Positions 11,566 to 21,772 of a stretch of 28,576 bases of DNA are shown piece after piece (the stretch's first letter is position 1; every line of letters starts with the position of its first letter). Made by a program: the position numbers and the translations under genes. The notes beneath the pieces are model-generated. The model was not told where the DNA came from. It did not search any database and was given only the letters and a program-made list of their open reading frames with translations. The DNA comes from Octopus sinensis. Its lineage: Eukaryota. The stretch spans positions 1 through 28,576 of the forward strand of contig NW_021833542.1 of the NCBI RefSeq assembly GCF_006345805.1, given 5' to 3'.

Positions 11566-11735
11566 AGGCGTATGGGTGGCTGTGTGGTAAGTAGCTTGCT
11601 TCGAACCACATGGTTCCAGGTTCAGTCCCACTGCGTGGTAACTTGGCCAAGTGTCTTCTACTATAGCCTTGGGCTGAAAAAGCCTTGTGAGTGGATTTGG
11701 TAGATGGAAACTGAAAGAAGCCCGTCGTATATATG

Positions 11736-11782
<47 letters not shown>

Positions 11783-12010
11783 GCCTGTGTGGGTATGTTT
11801 GCAGGTCTGTGTTTGTCCACCCCAACATCGCTTGACAACCGATGCTGGTGTGTTTACGTCCCCGTAACTTAGCGGTTCGGCAAAAGAAACCGATAGAATA
11901 TGTACTAGGCTTACAAAGAATAAGTCCTGGGGTCGATTTGCTCGACTAAAGGCGGTGCTCCAGCATGGCCACAGTCAAATGACTGATACAAGTAAAAGAG
12001 TAAAAGAATA
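11566..12010 (+). mobile_element. tRNA-derived SINE, family A, full length, with internal (TA)n(TG)n tract
   Basis: A-box tggctgtgtggta, B-box ggttcagtccc, body ...gaaactgaaagaagcccgtcg-(TA/TG)n-gtgtttgtcc...gcggtgctccagcatggcc, tail (gtaaaaga)n. Same sequence at 19195, 19824, 23871 and 24847. Confidence 0.92.
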
Positions 12011-12869
12011 CTCTGCAGCACAGTGTGACTATATGGCGAGGGAGAGATTTGGCTACTATTTCTACTACCTCGAACGACCACATTGAAGCTCCTTTCACAG
12101 TATATCTCGACTGTGGTCCAGTGGATGCGAAGTATTTTATTAGTGGAATAAATGAAGAAATTTTAGTACAAGCAATGAACACATTAAGTTTCAGTTTAAG
12201 CTAAACACTAGAGTCGAACGCTTTCTTTTTCCGTTTCATTTCATTTCACTAGAAATGTTAGATTAAAGGTCAAAATAAGCAGACAAATAAACAGCCCGTT
12301 GTTAATAACTCAACAGTAAAAACCTGTCAGTAACTCGGATGTACTATGAATGTTACACGCACGGAGACAAACACGGGTTTGTATTCACTCAACGTAAAAT
12401 AAATTTGCGAACTACATTAATTGCTATTTGGATAATACCCATATAGCAATTTCGAAGAAACGTTTTGGGTCACTCATGTTTTCTTAATACACCTTGCTCG
12501 TAATTTTCCTCAAATTATTAAAGGCTATTGCATCCCTCCTCCCGTCCTTACACAGACCAAGAGCATTATGAAGGAAACAGAATAGTATTATCTTTTGTAA
12601 ATATAATTATAAAAAGCCATATTTCTTAGCTAATGTTATTCAAATATAGATGAAATCTAGATATCCTGCTAACCCTGGAAGATACTAGTTTCAGCGATTT
12701 TAAATAGAGGTCATGACCTCAGAGCAAGGCACAGCAGAGCTGGGAGGGCCACAGCTTTCCGTCGACAGCTTCACTGACTGTAGTTCCGCTATACATCTAC
12801 ATCCGTCCGTCATGCGAAAAGTTGAAATTAACATATCAATATTGTTTGTTAACTTAGTTGTTTTTACTG

Positions 12870-13103
12870 TGATTCTTCTTGTTGTTGTTGTTCGTGTGGG
12901 TGGCGTTGCTGTTGGTGCTTCTTTTGTTGTTCTCTCTGTTGTAGTAGTAATTGTTGTTCTTCTTAATGTAGTGGTTTCTCAGGCTGATATTGTATATTGA
13001 TGGTTGCAAATGCTGTCGTATTTGTTCTTATTTTCCGTGTAGCAGTTGTTGTTGCTGTTGTAGTGGTTATTCTTCTTGCTGTTGTTGTTGTCGTCGTCGT
13101 CGC

Positions 13104-13135
<32 letters not shown>

Positions 13136-13200
13136 GTGTAGTAGTAGTAGTAGGAGGAGGAGGAGTTAGCATTGTTGTAGTTTTTTTGCTGTGTTTGCTG
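12870..13200. repeat. Degenerate (GTT/GTA/GTC)n trinucleotide microsatellite region
   Basis: Directly visible. It explains the poly-V/poly-T ORFs. Confidence 0.9.
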
Positions 13201-13214
13201 TCGTTATTACCTAT

Positions 13215-13444
13215 TTCTTTATTACCCACAAGGGGCTAAACACAGAGGGGACAAACAAGGACAGACATAGGTATTAAGTCGATTACATCGACTCCAGTGC
13301 GTAACTGGTACTTAATTTATCGACCCCGAAAGGATGAAAGGCAAAGTCGACCTCGGCGGAATTTGAACTCACAACGTAACGGCAGCCGAAATACCGCTAA
13401 GCATTTCGCCCGACGTGCTAACGTTTCTGCCAGCTCGCCGCCTT
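13215..13444 (-). mobile_element. tRNA-derived SINE, family B, near full length
   Basis: Minus strand: aaggcggcgagctggcagaaacgttagc (head with A-box-like region)...gagttcaaattcc (B-box) gccgaggtcgactttgcctttcatcctttcggggtcgataaattaagtaccagt...taataaag tail. Confidence 0.85.
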
Positions 13445-13812
13445 AATTTAGCGAAGACAGAGGTATTGTTTTCAGTCGTGTTTGTTTGTTCGTTTGTCCG
13501 TGGACAAGATATCTCAGGAACCGCAGGATGGATTCGGATGAAACCTTCAGGGATCTCTGGCCTCGTAACCAGCACGAACTCATTATAGATTTTGAGATCG
13601 AACCGGTACCGAACAAGGATTCTGGATTATATTTCCTGTCTTTTTTTTTTTACTTAATTTTTGAAAGCGGTCGGGTTCATTTTTAGAATTCTCGTTTGTG
13701 AGAGCGGTCGAGTTTATTTCAGATATTGTCATTTAAAAATTATCTCTGGCTAATCGCTGAGAGGACGTTGGTGTTGCCTTGGCGGAGGTTTGCGCTCTCT
13801 GAGTGCTCTTGT
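13445..13812 (+). mobile_element. Non-autonomous Helentron-type (HINE/DINE-1-like) element
   Basis: 5' gaggtattgttttcagtc followed by (GTTT)n-like repeats. 3' subterminal gccttggcggagg (13776-13788), then short hairpin gcgctc-tct-gagtgc (13792-13806) and terminal tcttgt. The 5' subterminal repeat is eroded or overlapped by the SINE. Confidence 0.6.
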
Positions 13813-14026
13813 CGTTATTGTTATTGCAGTGGTTGTTGTTTTTGCTGCTTTTGTCTCCTTCTTCCAATCAGGATTCGCGCCATTAGTCACAAAGAATATT
13901 CTCTAATTCGAGCCTACTCTAAGCTATTAAAGATGCGTGTGGCAACTTGATGATCCACCCACCACACACGTTAGACTGGCGGTTGCACGGGCGCGAAAGC
14001 TACGTTGTTATTCTCATTCCGTAAAC

Positions 14027-14324
14027 GGTGGCTTTTAACGGGTGGAGAGCTGAACCATCCTGGGGTACAGAGGATTCGCAATCTAGACTAGGGTCTGAAA
14101 GTTTACCACCCCATAGTGGGTTACACCATGGTTCCTCTGCTTTGTCGCAGAAGTAGGAAGAAAGAGTGAGAGAAAGGTGGCATTTAATGGGTGGAGAGTT
14201 GAACCATACTAGGGTACAGAGGATTCGCAATCTAGACTAGAGTCTGAAAGTTTACCACCCCATAGGGGTTACACTATGGTTCCTCTGCTTTGTGGCAGAA
14301 GTAGGAAGAAAGAGTGAGAGAAAG
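14027..14324. repeat. Tandem duplication, two 149-bp copies, attached to the 3' side of a family C SINE
   Basis: ggtggc[t/a]ttta...gagtgagagaaag at 14027-14175 and 14176-14324, roughly 90% identical by eye. Confidence 0.9.
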
Positions 14325-14490
14325 TTATGGTGAAAGAGTACAGCGGGGTTCACCACCAATCCCGCCGGAGCCTCGTGGAGCTTAGGCGTTTATGCTCAAT
14401 AAAAATTCACAATGCTCGATCTGGGAATCGAAACCGAGTTCTCACGACCGCGAGTCCGCTGCCTTAACCACTGGGCCATTGCGCCTCCAC
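14290..14490 (-). mobile_element. tRNA-derived SINE, family C (tRNA-Arg-like head)
   Basis: Minus strand: gtggaggcgcaatggcccagtggttaaggcagcggactcgcggtc...ggtttcgattccc (A and B boxes), then cctaagctccacgaggctccggc, shared with 15663-15936. Confidence 0.8.
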
Positions 14491-15569
14491 TGCTGCTTTT
14501 GTTTTTGCTGAGTATATCTTTCATTTCATTTCACTAATGCTCTTCTTGAAGCTTTTGACGATATCGTTGCCGTTGCTGCCTTTGTGCTTGTGGTTGTTGC
14601 CATAACGTTCTCTTCTGGTATTGGTGGAGATGTTGATGGTGGTATTAGCAGTGATGGTGTTGGTGATAGTAGTGATGTTAGCGTTGGTGTTGGTGGTGTT
14701 ATTGTCAGTTTGGCCTGATGAAAAGAAAGGGGGTTTTGCCTAGGGTATTCAGGGTCACTCTGAGACCACTGAATTTGATGCGCTTAATATTCCGCTTAAA
14801 CAGTTCATGGTCAACAAATGCAAAAAAAAAAAGACGTGTGCAGGGCGGAAATTGTTCAAGGCCGAATGTTTTGGGAAAGATGGACAAGACAGTAGCCTGG
14901 GTAGGTGGCCACTGTTATGATTGATGGAAGGTGAAAGAGAAATGGAGCAGTCGAGAGAGTCTTCAAGTAGTGATGACACAGTTCAGTCATATCTGAGAAG
15001 AATAGGCCATTGCATAAGCGGCAAAAATGGCTAAGGGAAAGGTGACATCACGTCTGTGGGTCAAAGGAAACGATGTGCTTGTGTGTAACTACATACTTAT
15101 CAGTCAAGTAGCCCTTCACGGGATGAGGTCACCGAGGTCTGTGCGTGTAACGACAGCACCAACCAAGATAGTATATCATTGTAAGTTCCACCTGATCTTT
15201 GTAAAAGCGGGACCTATGTTTTGGTTCTGAAAAGAAAATCCAATCTGTGATTTACAAGCTTTGTTGTTGTTATTGTTGGTAGTGGTGGTGGTCGTCGTCG
15301 TCGTCGTCGTCGTCGTCGTCTTTATCCTCCACATACTTCCACAATTTTAATATAGCTGATGTAAAGTGGTAGTGGATTCGAAAACTTAGTAGAGAGTCTC
15401 GGGAAATGTATATCTACAACACATTGTGATCTGGGTTCAAATTCAGCAATGGCGCACGTTCTCTTTCTCAAGCCGATCACTTGAGTATCAGTCAAATCCT
15501 TGGAAATAAATATGGTTTTCGTTCAAAATGAGCGGCATTGTGACTATGTTATGTTACACTGACATTATA

Positions 15570-15597
15570 ACCCGGCGTTGCCGGGTCTAGTGCTAGT
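15570..15597 (+). mobile_element. Helitron-type 3' terminus (remnant)
   Basis: Perfect hairpin acccggc-gtt-gccgggt (15570-15586), 6 nt upstream of CTAG|T (15593-15597). No 5' TC end or Rep/helicase sequence identified. Confidence 0.6.
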
Positions 15598-15662
15598 CAA
15601 GGATATTTGGTCTTTCATGAAAATCCCGCTCTCTTGTCATTCACTTGGTCTAACTCGTTAAT

Positions 15663-15936
15663 TAGTGGTTAGAGCAGCGGACTCGCAGTCGAGGGATCGC
15701 GAATTCGAATCTCAGACCGGACGATGAACGAAACACCTAAGCTCCACGCGGCTCCGGCAGAAGGTAATGGCGAACTTCTGCTGACTCTTTCGCCACAACT
15801 TTTTCTCAATCTTCCCTCCTGCATCTTATAGCTCACCTGCGACGGACCGGCGTCTCGTCCAGGTGGGGAACCTATACGCCAAGGAAACAGGGAAATCAGC
15901 CCTTATGAGCCAGGCATGGCTCGTGAAGGAACAAAA
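15663..15936 (+). mobile_element. tRNA-derived SINE, family C (5' end clipped)
   Basis: agtggttagagcagcggactcgcagtcg...gaattcgaatctc...cctaagctccacgcggctccggc...gcccttatgagccaggcatggctcgtgaaggaac. Confidence 0.8.
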
Positions 15937-16249
15937 ACCTTTATCTAGGCTCCGATAAATTCAATACCAATAGCAATAGTGAAATTTAGAAGGCAGCTAA
16001 TTAACAGTATTTGTAGAGCATCGGGTAAAATCCTTCATGATATTGACACTTGTTTCGGATCTGTACGCTATGAGTTCGATCCCTAAAGCAGTCAACTTTA
16101 TCTTTCTAACTTCCGACATCGATAAATAATGACTCAAGGCATCGAACCGGTTGAGTTGTTAGATCGGCGGATAGATTGTCTTGTTCTTGTACTTCATCAT
16201 TTTGGACTTGATAAATAAAGAACCTGCTCTGTACGGGGGATGGGATTGA

Positions 16250-16320
16250 TTCTTTTCTCTCTCTCTCTCTCTCTCTCCCTCCCTCTCTCTCTCTCTCTCT
16301 CTCTCCCTCTCTCTCTCTCT
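16250..16320. repeat. (CT)n microsatellite
   Basis: Directly visible. Confidence 0.95.
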
Positions 16321-16509
16321 AATTTTTTCGAAAGGAATCAGTTGTATTCAGACCTGAAGAGCGATATGCTTTCCTCTGTCTGAAAATGACCAGGCCATGC
16401 TGTATAACAAAATGGTTCCCATACTAGGAAGTTGGGTATCTTTTGTTAGGCAGTATGGAGGGCTTAAGTCAAAGTAAACAAATACGTATTTATTCATTCA
16501 TATTCTTAT

Positions 16510-16830
16510 TCGTCGTCTTCTTTTCTTCTTCTTTGTCTTCTTTCTTTCTTCTTCTCCTCCTCATCCTCCTTCTTTGTCTTTTTCGTCTTCTTTTCTTCTT
16601 TGTCTTCTTTGTCCTTTTCGTTTTTGTCTTCTTCTTTGTCTTTTCTTCCTTTCTTATTCTCCTTCTTCTTCTTTGTCCTTTTCGTCTTCTTCGTCTTCTC
16701 TTCTTTTCTTCTCCTTCTCCTTCTCCTTCTTCTTCTCTTCTTCTTCTTCTTCTTCTTCTTCTTCTTCTTCTCTTCTTCTTCTTCTCCTCCTCCTCCTCCT
16801 CCTCGCCTTCCTTCATCTTCCTGACGATGG
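16510..16830. repeat. (CTT/CCT)n-rich compound microsatellite
   Basis: Directly visible. It explains the ORFs at 16443-16907. Confidence 0.95.
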
Positions 16831-17059
16831 TGGAGCGAGGGTTTAGCAAGCTCTTCGTCTCCTAGAAAAACACTATATGCTCCCGAAACAGTCAGAAGAT
16901 GGAACAATGTTTAAAGCATGGAACGGAGATGAAAACTAAATCATAATAAAAGATGGCGTTTTTTTTTTTTTTCCCCCTTTGTTTTTTAATTCCTTCAGAT
17001 TTGCTCCTCAAAATTGCTCCTCCTTTCTCAAAACGGGCAGCAACAGTAGCAATATCAAC

Positions 17060-17215
<156 letters not shown>

Positions 17216-17659
17216 GCTACTACAACTACTAATGGTAGTGTTTTCTTTTAAACAAATTCCTTCACTCTTATTGTTATTTTTTTTATTTCCACCGAGAAGC
17301 TTCTACTTCCATCTATAGCTATTAATCATGTATATATACGCAAAACAACTTCCTTCTGCCCACTTAAAGACTAAGCAATACACGAACAAACAAATCGTTA
17401 AAGTCCTTCAGCGAGCAAGCATTACGGAAGCAACCTCTTCTCTGACGTCTAGTAACTGGCCACTTCTTGACCAGTCGGTTTATACAGCTTATGTTTCAGA
17501 ACCTGCCACCAAACGGTATTATTGAAGAGTTTTCGGAAGTCACTGATATTTGTTGTTCTTGCCTTCTTTCTTTATGTTTTTTTTTGTCATTTTTTCCTTT
17601 TCTTTTCTTATATTTTTGCTAGTTTGTTTCTTTTATATTCTTTCTTATTTCATTCATTC

Positions 17660-17685
17660 ATTTTCATTATATATATATATATATA

Positions 17686-17718
<33 letters not shown>

Positions 17719-17760
17719 TATGTATATATATATGTATGTATGTATATAATATATATATAT

Positions 17761-17792
<32 letters not shown>

Positions 17793-18050
17793 AATACATA
17801 CATACATAAATAAAGGCATACATACATTTACTTACATTTTATATATATATGTATGTGTGTATGCTTGTGTGCATGTATACACACACACACACACACACAC
17901 ACATATTCGTGTTCTATCTTGATTTCTTTCCATACACACACCCACGCATACACTCTTACAGACATATATGAACACATATGTGTGTGTATATGTATACATA
18001 CATACACACACACACCACACACACACACACACACTAACGTTTGTGTATGT
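17660..18050. repeat. (TA)n/(CA)n compound microsatellite region
   Basis: Directly visible. Confidence 0.92.
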
Positions 18051-18466
18051 GTCAAGTTATAATAGAAATAATTTAACATTAAACTGAAGAATTACTCAAA
18101 ACTTCTTTTGCAGAATACATGTTTATTGCACTTTTACAAGAAGGGTGACAGTCTAAAGAAAGCTAGCAAGCTGAAACTTCGAAGTCCCTGCCAACCCTTT
18201 TCTTGTAAACATATATAATAGCTAACTTAAGGCGATGGCCTCATGGAGCTAATAAGCGGACAGCTTTATTCTTATTTTTATAAGAATGCCATATTCGCAT
18301 GGCGATAACTATTATTTTCCAGGAACGCTGCCGTGATCTCTTTTAGAGAGACTTAGTAATTTTAATATTTCTATTATTGAAAACAAGTGGATGTATTCCA
18401 CTGAAACTAGGTAAATAAAACCTTCGAACAGAGATTGTCGGGAGCGACACCTACTGGTCTGAATAC

Positions 18467-18506
18467 GCTACATTAAAGGGGCAATACCCCGAAACGCGTC
18501 TGTAGC
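18467..18506 (+). ncRNA. Minimal type I hammerhead-like motif, array 2 copy 1 (core shortened)
   Basis: gctaca-TTAAA-gggg(caata)cccc-GAAA-cgcg-TC-tgtagc. Stems I and II and the palindromic stem III acgcgt are perfect, but the 5' core is 2 nt short relative to copy 2. Confidence 0.65.
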
Positions 18507-18823
18507 TGTCGATCAAGTGTTATGAAGCGACTGACCTCCCTTGTTCGAAGGTTATATGGATACAGTTTGTGTATCAAATAGCTAACTTAGGCGATGGCCT
18601 CATGGAGCTAATAAGCGGACAGCTTTATTCTTATTTTTATAAGAATGCCATATTCGTATGCGATAACTATTATTTTCCAGGAACGCTGCCGTGATCTTTT
18701 TAGAGAGACTTAGTAATTTTAATATTTCTATTATTGAAAACAAGTGGATGTATTCCACTGAAACTAGGTAAATAAAACCTTCGAACAGAGATTGTCGGAA
18801 GCGACACCTACTGGTCTGACTAC

Positions 18824-18866
18824 GCTACATTGAAAAGGGGCAATATCCCGAAACGCCGTCTGTAGC
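18824..18866 (+). ncRNA. Minimal type I hammerhead ribozyme, U3-A8 core variant, array 2 copy 2
   Basis: gctaca-TTGAAAA-gggg(caata)tccc-GAAA-cgccg-TC-tgtagc. 6-bp stem I, 4-bp stem II, core UUGAAAA instead of CUGANGA. Predicted cleavage after 18860. Confidence 0.75.
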
Positions 18867-19194
18867 TGTCGATCAGTAGTGTGAAGCGACTGACCTCCCT
18901 TGTTCGAAGGTATATGGATACAGTTTGTGTATCAAATAGCTAATAAGGCGATGGCCTCATGGAGCTAATAAGCGGACAGCTTTATTCTTATTTTTATAAG
19001 AATGCCATATTCGTATGGCGATAAACTATTATTTTCCAGGAACGCTTGCCGTGATCTCTTTTAGAGGAGACTTAGTAATTTTAATATTTCTATATATAAT
19101 TATAATATATATATATATATATTATATATATACATGTGTGGTGTGTGTGTGTGTGTTGCGCGATTTAAATTGAAATTGCACGAAAATTCCACGT

Positions 19195-19616
19195 AGGCGC
19201 AGGAGTGGCTGTGTGGTAAGTAGCTTGTTTACCAACCACATGGTTCCGGGTTCAGTCCCACTGCGTGGCATCTTGGGCAAGTGTCTTCTGCTATATCCCC
19301 GGGCCGACAATGCCTTGTGAGTGGATTTGGTAGACGGAGAACGGAAATGAAAGAAGCCAGTCGATATATGTATATATGTACATATCTATATGTAGTGTTT
19401 GGTTGTGTCTGTGTTTGTCCCCCTAGCATTGCTTGACAACCGATGCTGGTGTGCTTCCGTCCCCGTCACTTAGCGGTTCGGCAAAAGAGACCGATAGAAT
19501 AAGTACTGGGCTTACAAAGAATAAGTCCCGGGGTCGATTTGCTCGACTAAATGCGGTGCTCCAGCATGGCCGCAGTCAAATGATTGAAACAAGTAAAAGA
19601 GTAAAAGAGTAAAGAG
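19195..19616 (+). mobile_element. tRNA-derived SINE, family A, full length
   Basis: aggcgcaggagtggctgtgtggtaag head, ggttcagtccc B-box, internal TA/TG tract, (gtaaaaga)n tail. Confidence 0.93.
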
Positions 19617-19823
19617 TATCTGGAACTTAGCGTGCGTTCTTATGTATCTCGAAAGAAGGATGCGTGTTTCCTTTGCTTTGTCATCGCAGTTAGAAAGATC
19701 ACAAAGTACATAAAGAAGACAGAAGTAAGTAGGAGAATTTATTCATTAATTATTTAGTTAGGTAGATATATTGATTAAGAAGTTAATGAAAATACTCTGT
19801 TTACTTTGTCCTATATATATATA

Positions 19824-20018
19824 TACTCTTTACTCTTTTACTTGTTTCGGTCATTTGACTGCGGCCATGCTAGAGCACCGCCTTCAGTCGAGCAAATCGG
19901 CCCCAGGACTTATTCTTTGTAAGCCTAGTACTTATTCTATCGGTCTCTTTTGCCGAACCACAAAATTACAGGAACGTAAACACACCAGCATCAGTTGCCA
20001 TGCGATATTGAGGGACAA

Positions 20019-20053
<35 letters not shown>

Positions 20054-20229
20054 CATACATATATACGGCGGGCTTCTTTCAGTTTCCGTCTACCAGATCC
20101 ACTCACAAGGCTTTGGTCGGCCCGAGGCTATAGTAGAAGACTCTTGCCCAAGGTGCCACGCAGTGGGACTGAACCCGGAACCATGTGGCTGGTAAGCAAA
20201 CTACTTACCACACAGCCACTCCTGTGCCT
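19824..20229 (-). mobile_element. tRNA-derived SINE, family A, full length, inverted relative to 19195-19616
   Basis: Reverse complement of the family A sequence from (tactctt)n to ccactcctgtgcct. Confidence 0.92.
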
Positions 20230-20245
20230 ACACACACATACACAA

Positions 20246-20276
<31 letters not shown>

Positions 20277-20298
20277 AACACATATCGTAAGATATGAG

Positions 20299-20763
20299 TG
20301 CCAACCAAATGTGGCGTCCTATAGAGGACAGTGTTACTGACGTTTATAACCTCTGGAAGACAGCTCTTCCAGCTGGCTTACGGCACACATTCTGTGTCCG
20401 ATTAGTATTTGCGAGGGGAGGTCATCACTCCCATCTCTAGCCTTAGGTGATACACACGGACTCCCGTGTTTCTGGGTGGTTACCCGTCCTCAGCGTGTGC
20501 TAATCACTAGCTAGTTATGAAAACTCATTCGACTTGCAAAATACATTATGTTTTTTCCAGCGACAAGTTATCGCTGATCTCGAAAATGTAGGAATAAACT
20601 ACAAAAAATATTTCAGCGAGATATAAGCAGTAGCCGTACGCAATCGGAACACATAATTGCCGAGCAAGTGTAGCGTCATATACAGGACAGTGCTACTGAC
20701 ATTTATAGCCCCAGGAAGACATCTGTTCCAGCTGGCTAACGACACACATTCTGTGTCCGATTA
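20299..20763. repeat. Partial tandem repeat: about 105-bp direct repeats 359 bp apart (about 1.3 units)
   Basis: tgcc...gcgtc[c/a]tata[g/c]aggacagtg...cacacattctgtgtccgatta at 20299-20404 and 20658-20763. Microsatellite flanks on both sides. Confidence 0.8.
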
Positions 20764-20968
20764 CTATATAATATATATATATATATATATACACATATAT
20801 ATACACACACATATATATGTACCTATATATATATGTGCATAACAATCAAAGTAGCCCAGTTCTCCGAATGACCCGTCCTATTTTTCTTTTTATAGTCTAT
20901 CTGGACGTTTTGTTGTCCGTTTCTTGTATCACCTGTCTGGATGTTTTGCGTTCTTGTCCCATTTTGTA

Positions 20969-21006
<38 letters not shown>

Positions 21007-21029
21007 AGAGAGAGAGAGAGAGAGAGAGA

Positions 21030-21122
21030 GGAGATCAAAGATAGATAAGATATGTTTCTTTATTAAACACAGGGCTGCACACAGATAGAACAAATTACAA
21101 GGTAGAGCTTTTCTTTTGAAGG

Positions 21123-21154
<32 letters not shown>

Positions 21155-21772
21155 TAGGAAGGGGGAGGTTCGATCAAAGGGATCGTAAAAGGAGAGAAAG
21201 AGGACAAAAAAAAAAAAAAAACAAAAAAAAAAAGGGGGGGTAAAAAAAAAAAAAAAAAAAAAAGGGGGAGAGGAAAAAAAAAAAAAAAAAAAAAAAATGA
21301 TCAATAGGGATCGTTATCACAGAAATGTCAATATGAAGTGTAAAGGGGAGGACAGGTGAGGTTTACCGTGGAAAGAAAAGCCTACGGAAAAGACCACGGA
21401 ACCTCGGTCAATGAAGTCACATTTTATATTACTTTTTTTTTTTTTTTTTTTTTGCAAATAAGTAACTCTCTGTTTTCGATTTCTGGGTCATAGGACTATG
21501 CTCAAGGTGGCTTCGTCATTCATACGTGCCATTCTTGCAACATTCACCCATCTTTTTTTTAAAACATTCGCTAGACAAAACTTGCCTCTCTACTCTCACT
21601 TTCCTTTTCAAGTGGTACTTGAAGAAGTGATGAGAGATTGACCAGAGAGGAAAGTGTTTGTCTCCAATCCTTCAGACGCGTCCACCAGATACATTCCTTC
21701 GCCATAGCCACAAGGATGATGAAAATAGCTTCCTTCCCGTTTGAAGGAAGGAGGCGTGACAATATTGACGAT
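21030..21772 (-). mobile_element. 5'-truncated L1/Tx1-like non-LTR retrotransposon 3' end (frameshifted ORF2 C-terminus plus 3' UTR)
   Basis: Minus-strand frames join to IVNIVTPPSFKRE/EAIFIILVAMAKECIWWTRLK/GLETNTFLSGQSLIT/FFKYHLKRKVRVERQVLSSECFKK/RWVNVARMARMNDEATLSIVL*. A pyrimidine-rich 3' UTR follows, with AATAAA near 21060. The clade assignment is my recognition of the pattern, not a search result. Confidence 0.6.

Larger units (their letters stand above)
18217..19093 (+). mobile_element. Tandem array (about 2.4 copies of an about 360-bp unit) carrying a minimal hammerhead ribozyme; retrozyme / Penelope-like pLTR
   Basis: aatagctaa...ggcgatggcctcatggagc recurs at 18217, 18577 and 18935. 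No ORF, many internal hairpins, one hammerhead per full unit. The 3' end abuts (TA)n. Confidence 0.87.

Noticed and set aside
12713-13239. V-rich and T-rich ORFs resembling membrane or mucin-like proteins
   Set aside because: Derived from degenerate (GTT/GTA)n microsatellite.
14290-14490. Possible tRNA gene
   Set aside because: The tRNA-like head lacks a closable acceptor stem and continues into a SINE body shared with 15663-15936. The same applies to the family A and B heads.
14710-15240. Semi-open plus frame, and CTGATGA at about 14715
   Set aside because: About 5 stops in 180 codons is not clearly below chance and no homolog is recognised. The CTGATGA lacks a G-C-closed stem II followed by GAAA, so it is not a hammerhead.
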